Assembly: GCA_002104905.1 (NCBI GenBank)
Contig: MCFE01000470.1
Span: forward strand, 1 to 64,000
Origin: Basidiobolus meristosporus CBS 931.73
Taxonomy: Eukaryota > Fungi > Basidiobolomycota
Length of the DNA: 64,000 nt
Reading direction: 5' to 3'
This document shows, piece by piece, positions 1 to 14,384 of this stretch. The first letter of the stretch is position 1; the number at the start of each line of letters is the position of its first letter. A program made the translations under genes and the position numbers. Under the pieces are notes generated by a model. The model was given only the letters and a program-made list of their open reading frames with translations, was not told where the DNA came from and did no database searches.

Positions 1-591
1 ATTCATTGACTTGACATTGTGAAACCTACTTGAATCCAATCACAAAGGTCAGTAATTTTGTTATATTACACAAAGTCCTTGCAGATGTTTGAGCAAAGCA
101 ATACACAAATCTAAGAAAGAAGTCTTAGTGATTTTTACTTCATGACGGCACAGTATTTACAAAAAGCTAATAGGGTGCTGTTTTGGGTAGTTGCACTTGA
201 AGACATTGTATATCTTTCAAGAGCATCAACATGGTACTAGTGTGCAGTAGATTGTTGTGATAACTTTAGTTCCTGTATGCAGGTACAAATGCTCAGGTAA
301 GCCAATTCAAAGCGGAAGCATAGCATTTTGGAAACTCATTATTCAGACACATTTGAGCAAGTAGGGCTTCTACTTATGATGGAAATGTAGATATGAGATT
401 AGCCTTGCTCCATCATACCATATAAAGCATGTCCTGTAGTTTGAGGTTGTAAGATTACTCAAGTGCAAGTATATAGCTACTTGTAAGTAGGATCATTTCA
501 GACTATTCAGCCCTATGTGGGACCGGCTAACACAAAATGGCACAATCATACAGGTTGAGGTTGGCACCAATGAACCTAACAACTAGCAATG

Positions 592-959
592 TGTTACAAG
601 TCTTGATATAAGAATTGGACAGGAATAGGCAGTTTAGCTAGTATTGTGTTTATTAAAACTTGAACTGATCTTTGTTGGGGTTCCAGCACTCCTTATATAA
701 ATTTTGCCAAATCAATTGATAGCTAGTTGAATGTTCCAATGTAGGTTGTGGCCAATGACTTGTATGCATGGATCATGATCACCCAATTAGATCTCACTTA
801 CTATATCCATTTTGGTCTAATAAGAATATTCTGACTGATCTGGTAAATAATACCACTGATTTAATAGATAATACTGATATACTGATAAGATAGAGATAGA
901 ACTAATTGGTTTGACCAAGGACTGATCCATTTTTGACATTGAAGCATCAGATCATAACA
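592..959 (-). mobile_element. Solo LTR, family A (Ty3/gypsy)
   Basis: TGTTAC...ATAACA termini, flanked by AATG (588-591 and 960-963). Homologous to 1517-1884 and to the LTR at 11199-11568, which is attached to gypsy gag/pol and gives the orientation. Confidence 0.85.
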
Positions 960-1516
960 AATGCCAGTATAATATGTGCAAATAGATAATATTCTTATTG
1001 TAGGTAAAATAGGTATTTGGAGATGTTCCTTCAATTCATATGCAAATATATTGTTATTACACTATAAACCATATTGATTGTTATTACTTTGTTATCCTCA
1101 CTCCCAATTGGATGATATGTCAGTAGTTAACTGTTCCAAAATTGGCATGAAACTGTGAGCCCAAAGTGGGAAATTTGATGGCAAATCAGGTTGCTTGTGT
1201 ATCAGTCAATGAGCCAATTGAAGGCTACTAGCAGCAGAATACTCCTAGACCAATTTATCACTGACTTGCTGTCCAATTGGAATGATGGTATTCAAAATGG
1301 TAAGTATCAGTGCTGCTTATAGTGTGAGAGGCATTTATTTCTATATACATCAAAGAAACACATGCAAATACCAGATTTTACCTACCAAAATAGCAGTATC
1401 TGATTGCGCATGTGATGCACACATTGCAAGTTGGCGCCATCATTTGTTGCAACCTCACTGTGTCAGATGGTGCCACAGTGTGCAAGATTGTCCCATGTAG
1501 TACAAAACTGTCAAAA

Positions 1517-1884
1517 TGTTACAAGTCTTGGTATAAGAGTTGTAGAGGAATAGGGAGTTTAGCTAGTATTGTATTCACTAAGACTTGAACTGATTTTTAT
1601 TGAGATTCCAGCAGCTCCTTATATACATTTTGCTAGATCAATTGCTGACTAATTGTATTTCCTAATGTAGATTGTGGCTGATGACTCATTTGATTGCATC
1701 ATCATCACCCAATAAGATCCTACTTAATATATCTATTTCTGACTGCTAAGGATCTGCTGATTCATTGGCTGACTAATGCTACTGACTTCATCGATAATAC
1801 TGATATACTGATAACCTAAACATATACTAATTGATTTGACTAAAAACTGATCTAACTTAAACATTCAAGCGGCAGATCATAACA
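1517..1884 (-). mobile_element. Solo LTR, family A (Ty3/gypsy)
   Basis: TGTTAC...ATAACA termini with 5-bp TSD CAAAA (1512-1516 and 1885-1889). Close match to 11199-11568. Confidence 0.9.
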
Positions 1885-2715
1885 CAAAAGCAACCCCACC
1901 TATTGATAGCTTCAGTAATGTAACTAACAAATCTTAACAACCAAAGATTGTGCTGCATGCCCTTTCACGGTGCAATGGAACAAGTTTGTTACTTTCATCA
2001 AAATATAGTGATCATTGTGGTGCAATGTTTTAATTAGAATTACAAAAGAATATACCCTTTGGATTATGACAAGTGATAGTAATTCAGTTCAGCTTCATCA
2101 ACTCCTCCTACTTTTTTTCACAGATAATACAACTGAACATTTGGTGGTAAGTCACTTTCACACCTAAACTACAACCTTGTTGACTATCATCCTAGCTACT
2201 TGTAAGCTTGTAGTCAGTATTTTGCTTTCTGATTGATGAGTGCAGTGTTATAGCTTGGCTGCACTGAATTGCTCCAGAGGATGTCACAAAACCAGCATGA
2301 AGTACAATGTGCTGACCTGTCTTTTACTTTCTAAAAGCTCCTACAATGAAGTTGATTGGAGTGGACCTTTGCTGGCCTGGTTCAATATACATAACTTGCC
2401 AATGGATAACAATAATGACACAGGCAGGCATGACATGATGTGTTGCTACAATTATATATATGACCTGGTCTGCTCCAATGGACCTGTATCTAATTGAGCA
2501 GTTTGGCATGTTCTGATAGTTTTGCTCTGAATTATGTGCATTGAATTGAAATGTGTCAACTTGGTGCATTGGACTCAGGCCCAGGATGTTGGCATAGATT
2601 TAACTGATGTGCACCAGTATGCTGACCTGTAGGGCTTGATGAGGAAATCAATAAGGCATGCTGGTGCAATCTTGAGGTACGGAGTACTGAAAGTTCCAAT
2701 AAGCTTCAAAGAAAC

Positions 2716-5700
2716 TGTTGCAATTCAAGAAGTGATTTAGTTATAAGGAACTTATCAACAAATAGTGATGATAGCTGAGCTGTTGTTTATTAGTAAAGAA
2801 GCTCAGTATTTATACCTCTGTAGAAGCAATACAGCTGTAACACCAAGTAAGGAGGGTTTCCCAATATTTAGGAGCATTCTGTATCAGTTTCAAGGTTATT
2901 AGATAATACTTAGGATTTGTGCTAATTTGATCCTGACTATAGGGGAATTACCATAAGATCCTAGATCTGGTGAAAGTGGCAAAGTTAGAGCTGTAACTTA
3001 GTCATACAGTGACCAGGACTAGTCTAGAATTGCCAAGTAAATATTTAGCTGCAGAATGATACCAAATAGCTCAATATTTCAACACTCCCCCTCAACTAAA
3101 TAATTTCTTAAACCTAATTTGTCCCTGAGATTCTCAAATTGTGGCCTAGCTAGTGGTTTTGTCAATATATCTACCACCATTTTGTTAGTTGGGCAGTACA
3201 CCATCTCCACTAAGTTATTTTCTACATCTTCCCTCACAAAGTGATGTGGTATATCAATGTGCTTAGTTCTGGCATGATTAGTAGGATTTCTAGCTAATGA
3301 AATATAACTTTGATTATCATTGCAAATACATATTGGTTCATCCGAGCTAAGACCAAAGTCTTTGAATAACTTTTGTAGCCATGTAGCCTCCTTAGTTGCT
3401 TGACATGCAGCCATATATTCTGCTTCAGTTGTAGATAGGGCCATAGTTGGTTGTTTCTTGCAATTCCAAGTAATAGCTGCACCAGCATAAAGAAATACAT
3501 AGCCTGTAGTAGAGCATCTGTCAATCAGAACCCTACCCTAGTCTGAATCACCATCACCATCAAATATTTGCCTGTTAGCTGCTGCAGAGTATTCCAGTAC
3601 CATATTTATGGTAGCTTGTTGATATCTAAAAATCTGCTGAACTGCTGCAATTTGATCTGATCCATAATTCTGCATGCATTGACTACTATTTCTACTGTCA
3701 CTGTAATATCTGGACATGTAGGCACTATTAAGTACATTAGGCTTCCAAACATTGATTGATATGGAAAGTCTTGGTCCATATTTGATCCGTTATCATCTAT
3801 TACTGGCTGAAATTTGCTTAATTTCAGGTTATTGTCTTTAGGGGCAGCTGCAGGTTTGCGGTTTTCCATTCAGAAGCATCTAAAAAATGTCTCTCATATA
3901 CTAAAACCAATTCAGCACATTTTCTGCGTAGGTATGTCAGATTAGACCTCAATTGCAAGAAAATGGCTCAATTTTCCAAGATCTTTCATCTCAAACTTGC
4001 TGAAGAGATCTGATTTTGTCTGTTTAAGTGCCTCTTGGTCACTTGTGGCTATAATTAGGTCATTCACATAAAGAACTAGGATTATTACACCCTTTTGGAG
4101 CTGTTTCACATATATACTGTAATCTGCAGTGCTTCAAGAGAACCCAATTTCCTCTAGATATATGTCAATCTTGTAATACCATGATCTAGGTGCCTGCTTA
4201 AGCCCATACAACAATTTTCTAAGTTTGCACACCTTATGTGTGTCTTTTGGATCCGTAAAACCCTCCGGTTGCTCCATATATATAGTTTCTCGCAAATCCC
4301 ATTTAGAAAGGCTGTTTTGATGTCTATTTGGTGTAGATCTACACTGTCCACAGCTGCCAAGGCTAGAACTGTCCTAATGGAGTTAAACCTGCCAACCAGA
4401 GCAAATGTTTCCTTAAAGTCTAGTCCCTGGATTTGGGAATAGCCTTTAGCCACCAATCTAGCCTTGTACTTATCAATGGCACCATTGGAGGTTATCTTGA
4501 ATTTGTAGACCTATCTACATCCTATTGGCTTTCTCTCATTTGGTCAATGTACCAGTTCCTACATTTTTGCCTTGGTCAGTGATTGGTACTCCTCCTGCAT
4601 GGCTTGTTGCCACATAGTAGCATCTGGTTTTGGCATTGCCTGTTCCAGGTTCTGAGGTTTAGCACATAAGGCAAGGTAACCTTCTTCATGATCATTGAAT
4701 GTCGGCCACCAGGATCCAAGGGCATTTCTTATGCCAGTAGATCTCCTAACTGGGATAATCTATTCTAATCTGGAACTGGTAGAAGTGTCTTCTTTATCTG
4801 GCTGGATTTGGTATGTATCTTCTGCATTAGTGTTGATTGCATCATCAGGCAGCTGGCCAATGATTTCTGTGGCTTTCTGATCCAAATTCTCCTCAAATAC
4901 AATGTCCCTGCACTTGATCTGCTTCTGAAGATTGCCATCATACACTCTATCCCTTTAGTGTCATTACAATACCCAAGAAATATCCCTTTCCTACTCATTT
5001 GTTCCAACTTTGAGCGTTTTTTGTCAGGGATGTGATAAAAAACATCACTGCCAAAGATCTTGAGGTGCTGGAGATCTAGTTCCTTGCATGTATATGCTTC
5101 AGAGAGTGTAGAATCAAGTAGTGCTGTTGTTGGGCATCTGTTCTTGGGTATACTGCGGTAGCAACAGTTCAGCTCAAAACTTATAGTCCATTCCCTTATC
5201 ATGTAGCAAAGATCTTCCCATCTCTACTATTGTTCTATTTGCATGTTCTGCTACTTCATTTTGCTGTGGAGTATGAGGAACTGTGGTCTGCTGAGGTATA
5301 CCAATAGATGAGTAGTATCTTGCAAACTCCTTTGAACAGTGTTCTCCTCCATTGTCACTTTGTAGTACCTTCAATTTACACCCAGTTTGTGTTTCTACCA
5401 TATTCTTGAAGTGCTTACACGTCTCTAAAGCCTCATCCTTTGTTTTGAGGAAGTACACCCATGTATATCTTGTTTTGTCATCAACAAACGTCATAAATTA
5501 CCTCTTGGCTCCATATGGGCCATATATGTCTAAGTGTACAATAGCCAATATTTCAGTGGTACTTATGTCTTCTGAGCTCTTGAAACGTTGCCTAGCTTAT
5601 TTGTCAAATGAACATCCCTTGCAAACATTCATTTTGATTGGAGTTGAGTATTTTACAACCAAAACAAGCTGATTTCTCACCAATTGGCTTATTTTCTGTT

Positions 5701-7381
5701 CCCCAATGTGACCTAGCCTTCTATACCACATCTCTGAGTTTGTTTCATCAGTTTCAGCAATGTTGACATACTCAAGTGCAATGAACTTGCATTGTAACTT
5801 GTATAAAATGTGATCTCTGATTTCCAGAGCTGATTTTTGTCCATTCATACTCAATATTGAGCAGCTCATCTTGGTAAAAGCAAATTTCAGTCCCTGAGCA
5901 GTTGCTTTACTGACTGAGAGTAGGTTCTTAGCTATTCCAGGTACATAGAGTACATCAGTGAGTCTTGCTGTTTTTGCCCCTGAGCTATTGCTCATGTTTA
6001 GTTGCATAGACCCACTTGCAGTAGCTTCCAGAGCAGAGGTATAACCCAAATAAACCTTTCTTACTGGAATAGTCTTGAAGTTGCTGAACCTCTCCTTTAT
6101 ACCACAAATATGCTGTGAGGCTCCAGAGTCAATATACCATTCATTAATTTGGTTACTCACACTCTCTTGTACGGTTACAAATAGCTGTTCATCAGTAGTT
6201 ATATGGTTTGCCTGCTCTAGTTTCTGTTTTTTGTCTGCTTGTTTCTTCTTGCATTCTCTTGCCCAGTGTCCTGGCTTTTTACAATAGTTGCAGCAACCAG
6301 GTTTTCTTTGATTTTGCTGCATTTCCTTCTTTTCTGTGTAACTCTCTGAACTGAATGAAGCATTATCTTCAATTTTCTCTGCTTGTTCATTACATCTGAG
6401 TTGTTCATGGAGGAGTCTTCCATTGACATAGTCTAAAGTCAAGTTGTCTTCTCTGCTTTCAAAATAAATAATGAGTGGCTCATACTTGTCTGGTAGGCTG
6501 CAAAGCATACAAAGTATATTTTCTTCATCATCTACACCAGCATTAGTACTGTAAAGTTCTTCTGCAAGTGTCTCCATTTTGGTAATGAGTTGTAGCATGT
6601 CATCATCTGGCCAATTCCTCATGCTGAAGAACTTTTGTTTTAAATAAAGCTTGCTTGATACTGACTTTGCTCTAAAGATCTTCTCTAAGGATTCCCAAGC
6701 TACTTTGGCAGTATATGAGGCATGGATTTGTCCAATGAAGGAATCTTGCACATTGTTACATATGGCATTAAAGGCCTTTTGCTCCTTCTCTTGACACTTC
6801 TCCACTTCTTCTGCTGTTTCTTCAGGCTCACCTTCTTTTCCTGTTACTATATTCCAAAGCTTCCTTTCCTCAGGGTGGATCTGCATCTTGATTCTCCAAA
6901 TTCTGTAGTTTTTTCAATCAAACCTCTCCTTTATAGGGAAAATGTTTTTGTTGTTCTGTTTGCTGGTAGAAGTCATCTTTAGAATAGATTAAGGCAATTG
7001 GGGCTCATAACCTGTTGCAATTTAGGAAGTGATTTGGATATAAGGAACTTTTCAAGAATCAGTGATGATAGTTGAACTGTTGTTTATTAGTAAAGAAGCT
7101 CAGTACTTATACCTTTGTAGAATTATTACAGCTGTAATACTAAGTAAGGAGGATTTCTCAATATTCAGGAGCATTCAGTAACAGTTTCAGGGTTAGTACA
7201 TTATAGTTGGTGTTAGTGTTAATTTGATCCTGACTATAAGGGAATAATCATAAGATCATAGATCCGGAGAAAGTGGCAAAGTTAGAGCTGTAAATTAGTC
7301 CCACAGTGACCAAGACTAGTCCAGAATTGTTAAGTAAATATTTAGCTGCAAAATGATACCAAATAGTCCAATATTTCAAAA
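2716..7381 (-). mobile_element. Full-length but degraded Ty1/copia LTR retrotransposon (copia-1)
   Basis: 369-bp LTRs at 2716-3084 and 7013-7381, roughly 85% identical by eye. 5-bp TSD GAAAC on both sides. PBS GGTTATGAGCCC (7001-7012, minus strand). PPT GAGGGGGAG next to 3084. Confidence 0.95.
3079..6886 (-). pseudogene. Copia gag-pol broken by stops and frameshifts
   Basis: Copia domain order: gag with CNYCKKPGHWAREC knuckle; protease WYIDSGAS; pre-integrase MWYRRLGH; integrase (FVDDKTRYTWVYFLK, LQSDNGGE); RT ([25 protein letters not shown]); RNase H (ALSTTEAEYMA, KHIDIPHHFVRE, DILTKPL). Confidence 0.95.
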
Positions 7382-8049
7382 GAAACATCAGGCTACCAGG
7401 AGAGAGCTGGTTAGGAACAAGCAGGCAAAAATGGATGCATCAGCGCAGTACACATCAGGGTGAGTACAATTTACAACTGAAGAGGCACTCAGGCAAAGTA
7501 GCAGTCAAGGGAAAGGTCAAGATAAACAAGGGTTCCTAAGCAAGGGACAGGAAAGAGTGAGAAATAACTCAGTTCTAGTGAACTTATGCTGTCAACCCAT
7601 ATCAAAATGAGGCCCAAAATAGCTAAGAAGAGCTACTAAATAGAAAATAGGTGTTTTCTCAGCAGTTTCAAACTCAGTCATCAAGTTAAACTTCAGTGAG
7701 GTTGATGAGCTTATAGAGAAAGGCAATTTGCCTACCAATGTCTCCATGTATTCCATGTAGTCAAAGTGGAGAAGCCACTAACAGACAAAGCAACAATGTC
7801 AGGGACTTGAATGATTAACTTAATGTCTACAGTGGAATTATGGAACATCAATAGGTACATCAAGAGGTTACTGTGGAATGTATGATTACCATACTACAGT
7901 GCCATGTAATTTTGTGACATGTTTCAAACCTCAGGTGCTAGATTCACAGTACCATATGTATTGAGTACCAGATACATATCTTTAGTCTTTCTGTTCTCTT
8001 ACACATTCAGGTCAACTCTGATCTTGAAAAAAGGTCAATGGCCAGATCA

Positions 8050-8900
8050 GCTTCTCTTACTGGTGGTAGGCTCACAAACTCATTCTGCTTGGCCTTGAGT
8101 TCCTGATGCTCCCATGGTATGCTCACCATAGGGTGTTTGCATGCTAGGCTTGTAACAGCCTCTTAAATATCAGACTACTCTTCATCATTATACTTGACCA
8201 CTTCACAGATTTTCAATGCCTTTTGATCTGTAGGCTTTGGTACAAAAACTTCATTTTCTCCCTCCCATGCATTGATATATGTGTCTGTGATCCTTATCTT
8301 TGGGCACTGTTGTGGTGCTTCAATGACAGTATGATGTTGCTCTGCTGTTACATTGGGAAATGACTCAACTTGTGGTTGTATCATTGAGCTACTGGAGTTC
8401 CTCTTGGCAACAAAGATACTACTTTTACTAACTGTGATATTGATTGCTTCACATCTTTCATCAGCTCATCCTGCTTTTGTACTATTTGCTCATTTCTCTA
8501 GGCCATTGCATCTATCCTATCAGCCACTGCACCTAATTGCCTCATTAATGCATGGTATAAGCTGACAACATACTTGCAAATTCAGGTGGTGGTGAAGTTA
8601 TTACAGCCACTTGCCGGTCTTCAACTAAAGGTACCGGTTTTGCTACACTCTCATCTGCCTCAGCATTATAGTCAGTTTGCAGCACTGCAGATATTCCCAA
8701 TTGCCTACTTGACAGGGAGCCTGAGCAGTATGCATTATTCCCTTTGGTGGGCACACTGTCCACATGGCCTGTTTTGTTGTAGCCCCACTTGTTGCACTGA
8801 ATGTCAAGGCAAGCTTTTGTCCAACCTCTCTTCTGCTGCAGTCAGTGGTGGGGCTTAGTTGGAGCTAAACAACTTTGCTTTATTTTTTAGCAGCATATAT
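8050..8900 (-). pseudogene. Relic of the CACTA-associated accessory gene (ORF-X)
   Basis: 8175-8384 (FVPKPTDQKALKICE...) is homologous to 16954-17175 (FMPEPENQKTLKICE...). DNA 8600-9237 aligns with the flanks of 17659-18729 and with 18730-19240. Confidence 0.6.
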
Positions 8901-9237
8901 ATAGAAGTGAGTTGAACTAAAGGGGAAGTAGTGTTACATATATATGTGTAAGAGGTGCCACAACCTTGCTTATAATACTTCCTTTGGTTTGTCATTATTG
9001 AGCCTTACATTCATGCAGGTGCAAATTGTCAAATGCAAGACTGATTTAAACTCACATGAGTATTGACAAAAAAGTGATATGATGTTGTTAAATTGTCAAG
9101 TACCAAGCTGTCTGTCCCATGGATAAGACTGATTTCATTTGACACTCTAGGAGAAGCAAAGAATTACCATGTGGCTAGTGTAGCAAGCCTCTCAACCATG
9201 AAGCACAAAGACAGCATAAGAAGTAATACAAGGATTG

Positions 9238-11568
9238 TAGGGATGTCTTCTGGCTTCACCCTAATTTGGTTGTATCCTGACATGAAGTCAATCTTGCTGA
9301 AAATAGTGGCTCCATTGAGTTGGTCCAAGAGCTCATCAATCCAAGGTATGGGGTACTTATTCTTCACAGTAACTGAGTTGAGGGCTCTGAAGTCAATGCA
9401 CATCCTAAGTGCTCCATCCTTCTTCTTCACAAAAAGTACTGGTGCTCCCCAAGGTGACTTGCTGGGTTGGATATATTGTTGCTCCTATAACTGATCTACT
9501 TGTCTCTTCATTTCCTCCAGTTCCAATGGACTCATTCTGTAAGGTGTCTTGCTCACTGGAGGGCTATCTCCTGCTTCAATGGCATGAACCACATCTCTGC
9601 CTGGTGGTAGGCTTACAAGCTCTTCTGGAAATATGTCTGAATACTCCTTCAAAAGAATCTGGACCTTCTGGGGTCCTGGAGTTGAGGAAAGCTCCTGTAA
9701 TACTGCCATGAGGAACATCTGGGTGCCTTTTCTTAGTGCTCTACAGAACTCTGTCTTGCTAAGCTAACTTGTCTCACACACATTGGAATTGACCAAGCTA
9801 AAATCCAGTCTGGCAGGTAATAGCTCATAGGTCTTGTTGTCTTTCTGGATCTGAGTAGCATGGGTTCTCCAGTTGATTGATGGGTTACAACAAAATAGCC
9901 AGGTTTTCCCAAGTATAAGGTCAAACTTGCAGTTCCCAAATATATAGGCATGTAGATCTTCTTCATAGTCATTGATCTTCATCTTTACTGGCTGAGTAAT
10001 ACGGCTGATTATGTAAGAATTCCCATCAGCTGTTGAGACTGAAGTTGATTTGGTGGGCTCCAAGTTGATTCCAGCATTCAGAGCAAATTGCTCTGACATA
10101 TACTCATGTGATGCTCTTGAGTAAATCATGATCTTGGCAGGAACTCCATTGATTACTCCATTCAAGTATAATAGCTTTCCTGAGTTTGAGATCATCTGGG
10201 ATAGGTATTCTTCTGTCATGTGGAAGGTGAGTTCTGAGTCTTCCTCAAGTTCATCCTCTATGTTACTATTCTCCATGGCCTCAATACAGTTAAAGGTTCT
10301 TGATGGCTGGTGTCCATTTCTTTTCTGAGGGCAGTACTTTGCAATATGACCCCGCTGGTGGCAATTGAAGCAAAGTCCTTTCTTCTTACATTCTTCTGTG
10401 GTAGGATTCTTCTACATAGCGTCTATTTCCATTGGCACTGTTTCTGATTGTCTTCTTTCATAGAGATTGTAGCCCCTCTGATTAGTCATTGTGGGCTTCC
10501 CAACTCCAAACATAGCTGAGTCATAGTCAATGGCAATCGTGATGGCTTCCTCAATAGTCTGAGGTCTTCAATAATTCACTTCTTTACAAGTTCTTTCTTT
10601 CAGCCCATCAACAAAGTATTCAGCTAGATCCAGAGGGTCCATTCTTTCAGCTTGCCCAAGTAGATATTTATATTCATAGATGTACTCTTGGACCATTCCT
10701 TTTTGTCTGAGTGTCTTCAACTTTCTTTTTAGTAGTGTCTGTTGGTGTGGGGGCTCAAAGGCATCCTGAATCTCCAACATAAACTCATCCCAGGTAGAGA
10801 CTGTAGAGCATCCCATCATGGTGGCTGACCTGATATTGTTGTGGTACCACTGCAAAGCTGCATCTGCCAAGTAAGAGGCTGCGTAATGTAACTTGTTTTC
10901 TGGAGCAGTTCCTTTAGCTTTAAAAGCTTCTTCAATCTGAAAGAGCCAAGTTCCCAGGTTTTCATTGACTCTGCCATGGTACCAGTTGACCTTCACACTA
11001 AAGTTGCTCTTGACAGGGTTTTGCTGGCTTTGAGCCATGGTAGTCATTCCTTGTTGCTGCTGGTTCAGGATCTGGAATTAGTGTTGCTGCTGGGCCAGGA
11101 TTTGTTGCATATCATTCTTCCATTCTTGATTTGCCAACATCTTGAGGGAGGCTTCTTCTTTCTTCAGGAGGGATGTTTCTGGTTATTGCTGCTACCAATG
11201 TTACAAGTCTTGTTGTAAGAGTTGTAGAGGAATAGGGAGTTTAGCTGGTATTGTATTCACTAAAGCTTGAACTGATCTTTATTGAGATTTCAGCCGCTCC
11301 TTATATACTTTTTTGCCAGATTAATTGCTGACTAATTATATTTCCTAATGTAGGCTGTGGCTGATGACTCATTTGATTGCATCATTATCACCCAATGTGT
11401 TCCTACTTAATATAACTATTTCTGTCTGATAAGTCTCTGCTGACTCATTTGCTGACTAATGCTACTGATTTCACAGATAATACTGATATACTGATAACCT
11501 AAACAAATAACTAATTGATTTGACTAAGAACTGATCCAACTTAAACATTCAAGCAGCAGATCATAAGA
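9238..11568 (-). mobile_element. 3'-truncated Ty3/gypsy element (5' LTR, PBS, gag, protease, start of RT)
   Basis: Family-A LTR at 11199-11568 and PBS TGGTAGCAGC (11188-11197). Gag at 10568-11047, CFNCHQRGHIAKYC knuckle near 10330-10375, decayed protease at 9764-10276. [19 protein letters not shown]...[12 protein letters not shown] breaks off near 9238. Confidence 0.9.
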
Positions 11569-13495
11569 TCTAACTATATTTGGCTTTGAATTTAGCCAAA
11601 TGCTGTAGTAATTCCATCATAACATTGTGTAGAATGTCATTAATTCCATGCCCCTGATAATATTACAGTCTCCTAATGGGATCTTGGTGGCTTATTTGGA
11701 TTGGATCCACACTCAAGGTCAGATTATTATTCATAGGGCTTGACATTGTTGCTTTGTCTGTTGGAGGGATCTCCACTCTATTAACAATGGAGGACATGAA
11801 GGCTGTGGTAGACAAGTTGGCTCAGCTGACTGCACTTCCAACTCTTGTGAAAACAGCTGTTTTCTTGTTAGTAATTCCTCTTGGCTATGATGGGATTCAT
11901 ACTGGTGCAATCATGTCATTGTGTACTAGAAATAGCTCAAGTCCTTGGCAGATTGTTCCATGAGACATAGTAGCACCTAGCCAATCAGATAGTGGTAATA
12001 TGAAACCTCTGTGTCATGTAATTACCTCATATGGTAGTAGAATAGGTGGGTTATGAAGCCAGGATGGTCACATGACATAGGCACTGTTGGGGGTACTTGT
12101 GTTATATGGTAACTACCTTATCTTGGCATCTTGGCAAGGAATAGGAATAGCTTTTGCAATGGGTTAATAGTGACAAATAGTTTGCCAGGTTGCATAATAA
12201 TAATCACATACACCAATAGAAAATATTGCAATTTGGGATTATACTAATATAGGGGGGGTAATCCTTTGCAGGGAAGTGAACATATAGGAATGAGCACATC
12301 TGCCTGTGGGTGTCACTGTGACCCCACTACAGCGGTAATTGGCAAGAACTGCAGCTTTTTACTCATGCTTCTCTGTCTCTGACTTGAACAGAGTTTTTGC
12401 CCTTTACCTTTTTCTTTATCACTGCCAGGTGTTTCACTACTATCTTGACTGAGTGCTTCTTGTGCTGAACTGTTTTCTCCTTGATAAATGCTGCTGTGAA
12501 GCACCTTTTTAGCCTGCTTGCCCTTGCTGGCACACTGTAGCCAACCTGATGCTTATTTCCTGCTTGTTTTGAGGTCTTGCCCATGCTGTGATGGACTACC
12601 AAGGTAGCTGCTGGTTTTTAACATTACTAGGTCCTTCACTGCTACCTTGACTGAGTACTTCTTAAGTGGAACTGCACTTTTTCCTTAATAAACATTGCGC
12701 TAGTGTATCTGTGTCAGCCTGCTTTTCCCTTGTTGTCACAGTTTCAGCTATCTAATGTCACTTTGACACTTGTTTGTAGCTTTTGGCCCTGCTTGTAACA
12801 GTCTCCAAAGCTCCTGCTTCTCTAGCTTCCTAGGTGCCCCAAGTGTCTCCAAAGGCCTCTGTGTGTCTTGTGCACTACCCTGAAAAGCTCCTTGATGGCA
12901 AGTCTGAGATGTACTGTTGAAGGCAGGTGCAGTGATCAACTGCTAATCAATAAGGTAGAAGTGTTACTAATAGAAGGGATGATTTATCAATGAGGGATTG
13001 CTTTCCCTTAAATACCTTTCCTGATTGCCCAGTGATTACTAATGACAAGGTTCTAGAAGATTCTAGGTATCAGTGGAATTCTTGATGACATCACTATGAG
13101 CTAAAAATATGCCAAGAATGTCCTGGAAGGTTCCAAAAGGCACAGCACATCCAACCAATCAGATATCAGTAGTCTGAAACCTGCGCAACATAGAAATACC
13201 ATTTATGGTATTGAAATGGTAGGGATGGTAACACAGACCTAGGTTATGTGTCACGGATACTGATGCGGGTACTTGCCTTATGTAGATACATATACTGATC
13301 ACAAAGCTGAATAACAACTGGGATAACTAATGCAAATAACTAATCAGGGTAAACATCATATGGGGATAATACTGATAATATGGGCAAAAGAAGAATGGGA
13401 TAATACTGATAAGATAAAATATGGATTAGTATATCATAATGACTATATGAATAAACTTGTCTGTGGGAGGTATGTTTACCCTACCACAGCGCATT

Positions 13496-13870
13496 TCCAC
13501 TAATATCATTAATGGGGGCTTTGAGGACTTATTACTACTGATTGCCAAAATCATCCTGAATTCAACTTACCATGTACATGCTATAAATGGAAAACTGTCA
13601 TGTCACAGGCAACATATGACCTTGAGACTGTCCTGATACTAGCATGTGCTAACAGTTGCATGGCATTCATATCAGAAAATGCAACCATTACAGGGTGTTC
13701 AACTTGTCAGGAATCTACCACCATTGGGAGAAAACATTTCTCCTACCGCAGATATACACCAGTAAAACCCCATCTAAAGAAGCTTGTGCAGTCCAACAAA
13801 TGCCTGAGCCTGAATCACTGTCCAACTTGAATAACTAACTGTATCCATTGCTTGATGAATTTTATATGCT
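13496..13870 (+). pseudogene. En/Spm (CACTA) Tnp2-type transposase fragment, 5' part
   Basis: YDLETVLILACANSCMAF...CSTCQE matches the Tnp2 N-terminal Cys motif and the copy at 19742-19957. Confidence 0.65.
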
Positions 13871-14384
13871 TTACAGCTGGATAACCCTATGAAAAATATC
13901 TGGTCCCACAGGTGGACTCAATCCAGATCAGACATCAGGATCCTACTTGTAGACCATCATAGTACTGACAGCTTGGAATAAGTGACCCTCTTGATAGTCT
14001 TCTGATGGGATGACAATGGTGTATTGCTGCTTTTACTGCTAAATAAAGTTATAAAACTTGATGGGGTTTGATTGGTGCTGTCACAATAAGTTGATGGCAT
14101 TGTTGTAGTCTTGTACTGCTATACAACAACTTCAAATGGATATAACTGGCCCAGACACCTAGTTGCCTTACATGGCAAAAACCTTAAAGGTCCATCAATG
14201 GCCTCACAGCAAGAATATGATGGCTTTGTTAAGGCAGTATGGCAGCCTACAGTTAGTTCTGTTTAATGTTACCTTACCAATATCCCAATTGATATTTCCT
14301 TTTTCTACCTCCCCCTGTAAAATTCACATATTCCACTGTAGAGTCACCCCTCTTTATGTGCTTACCCACAACTACCTGGGTATT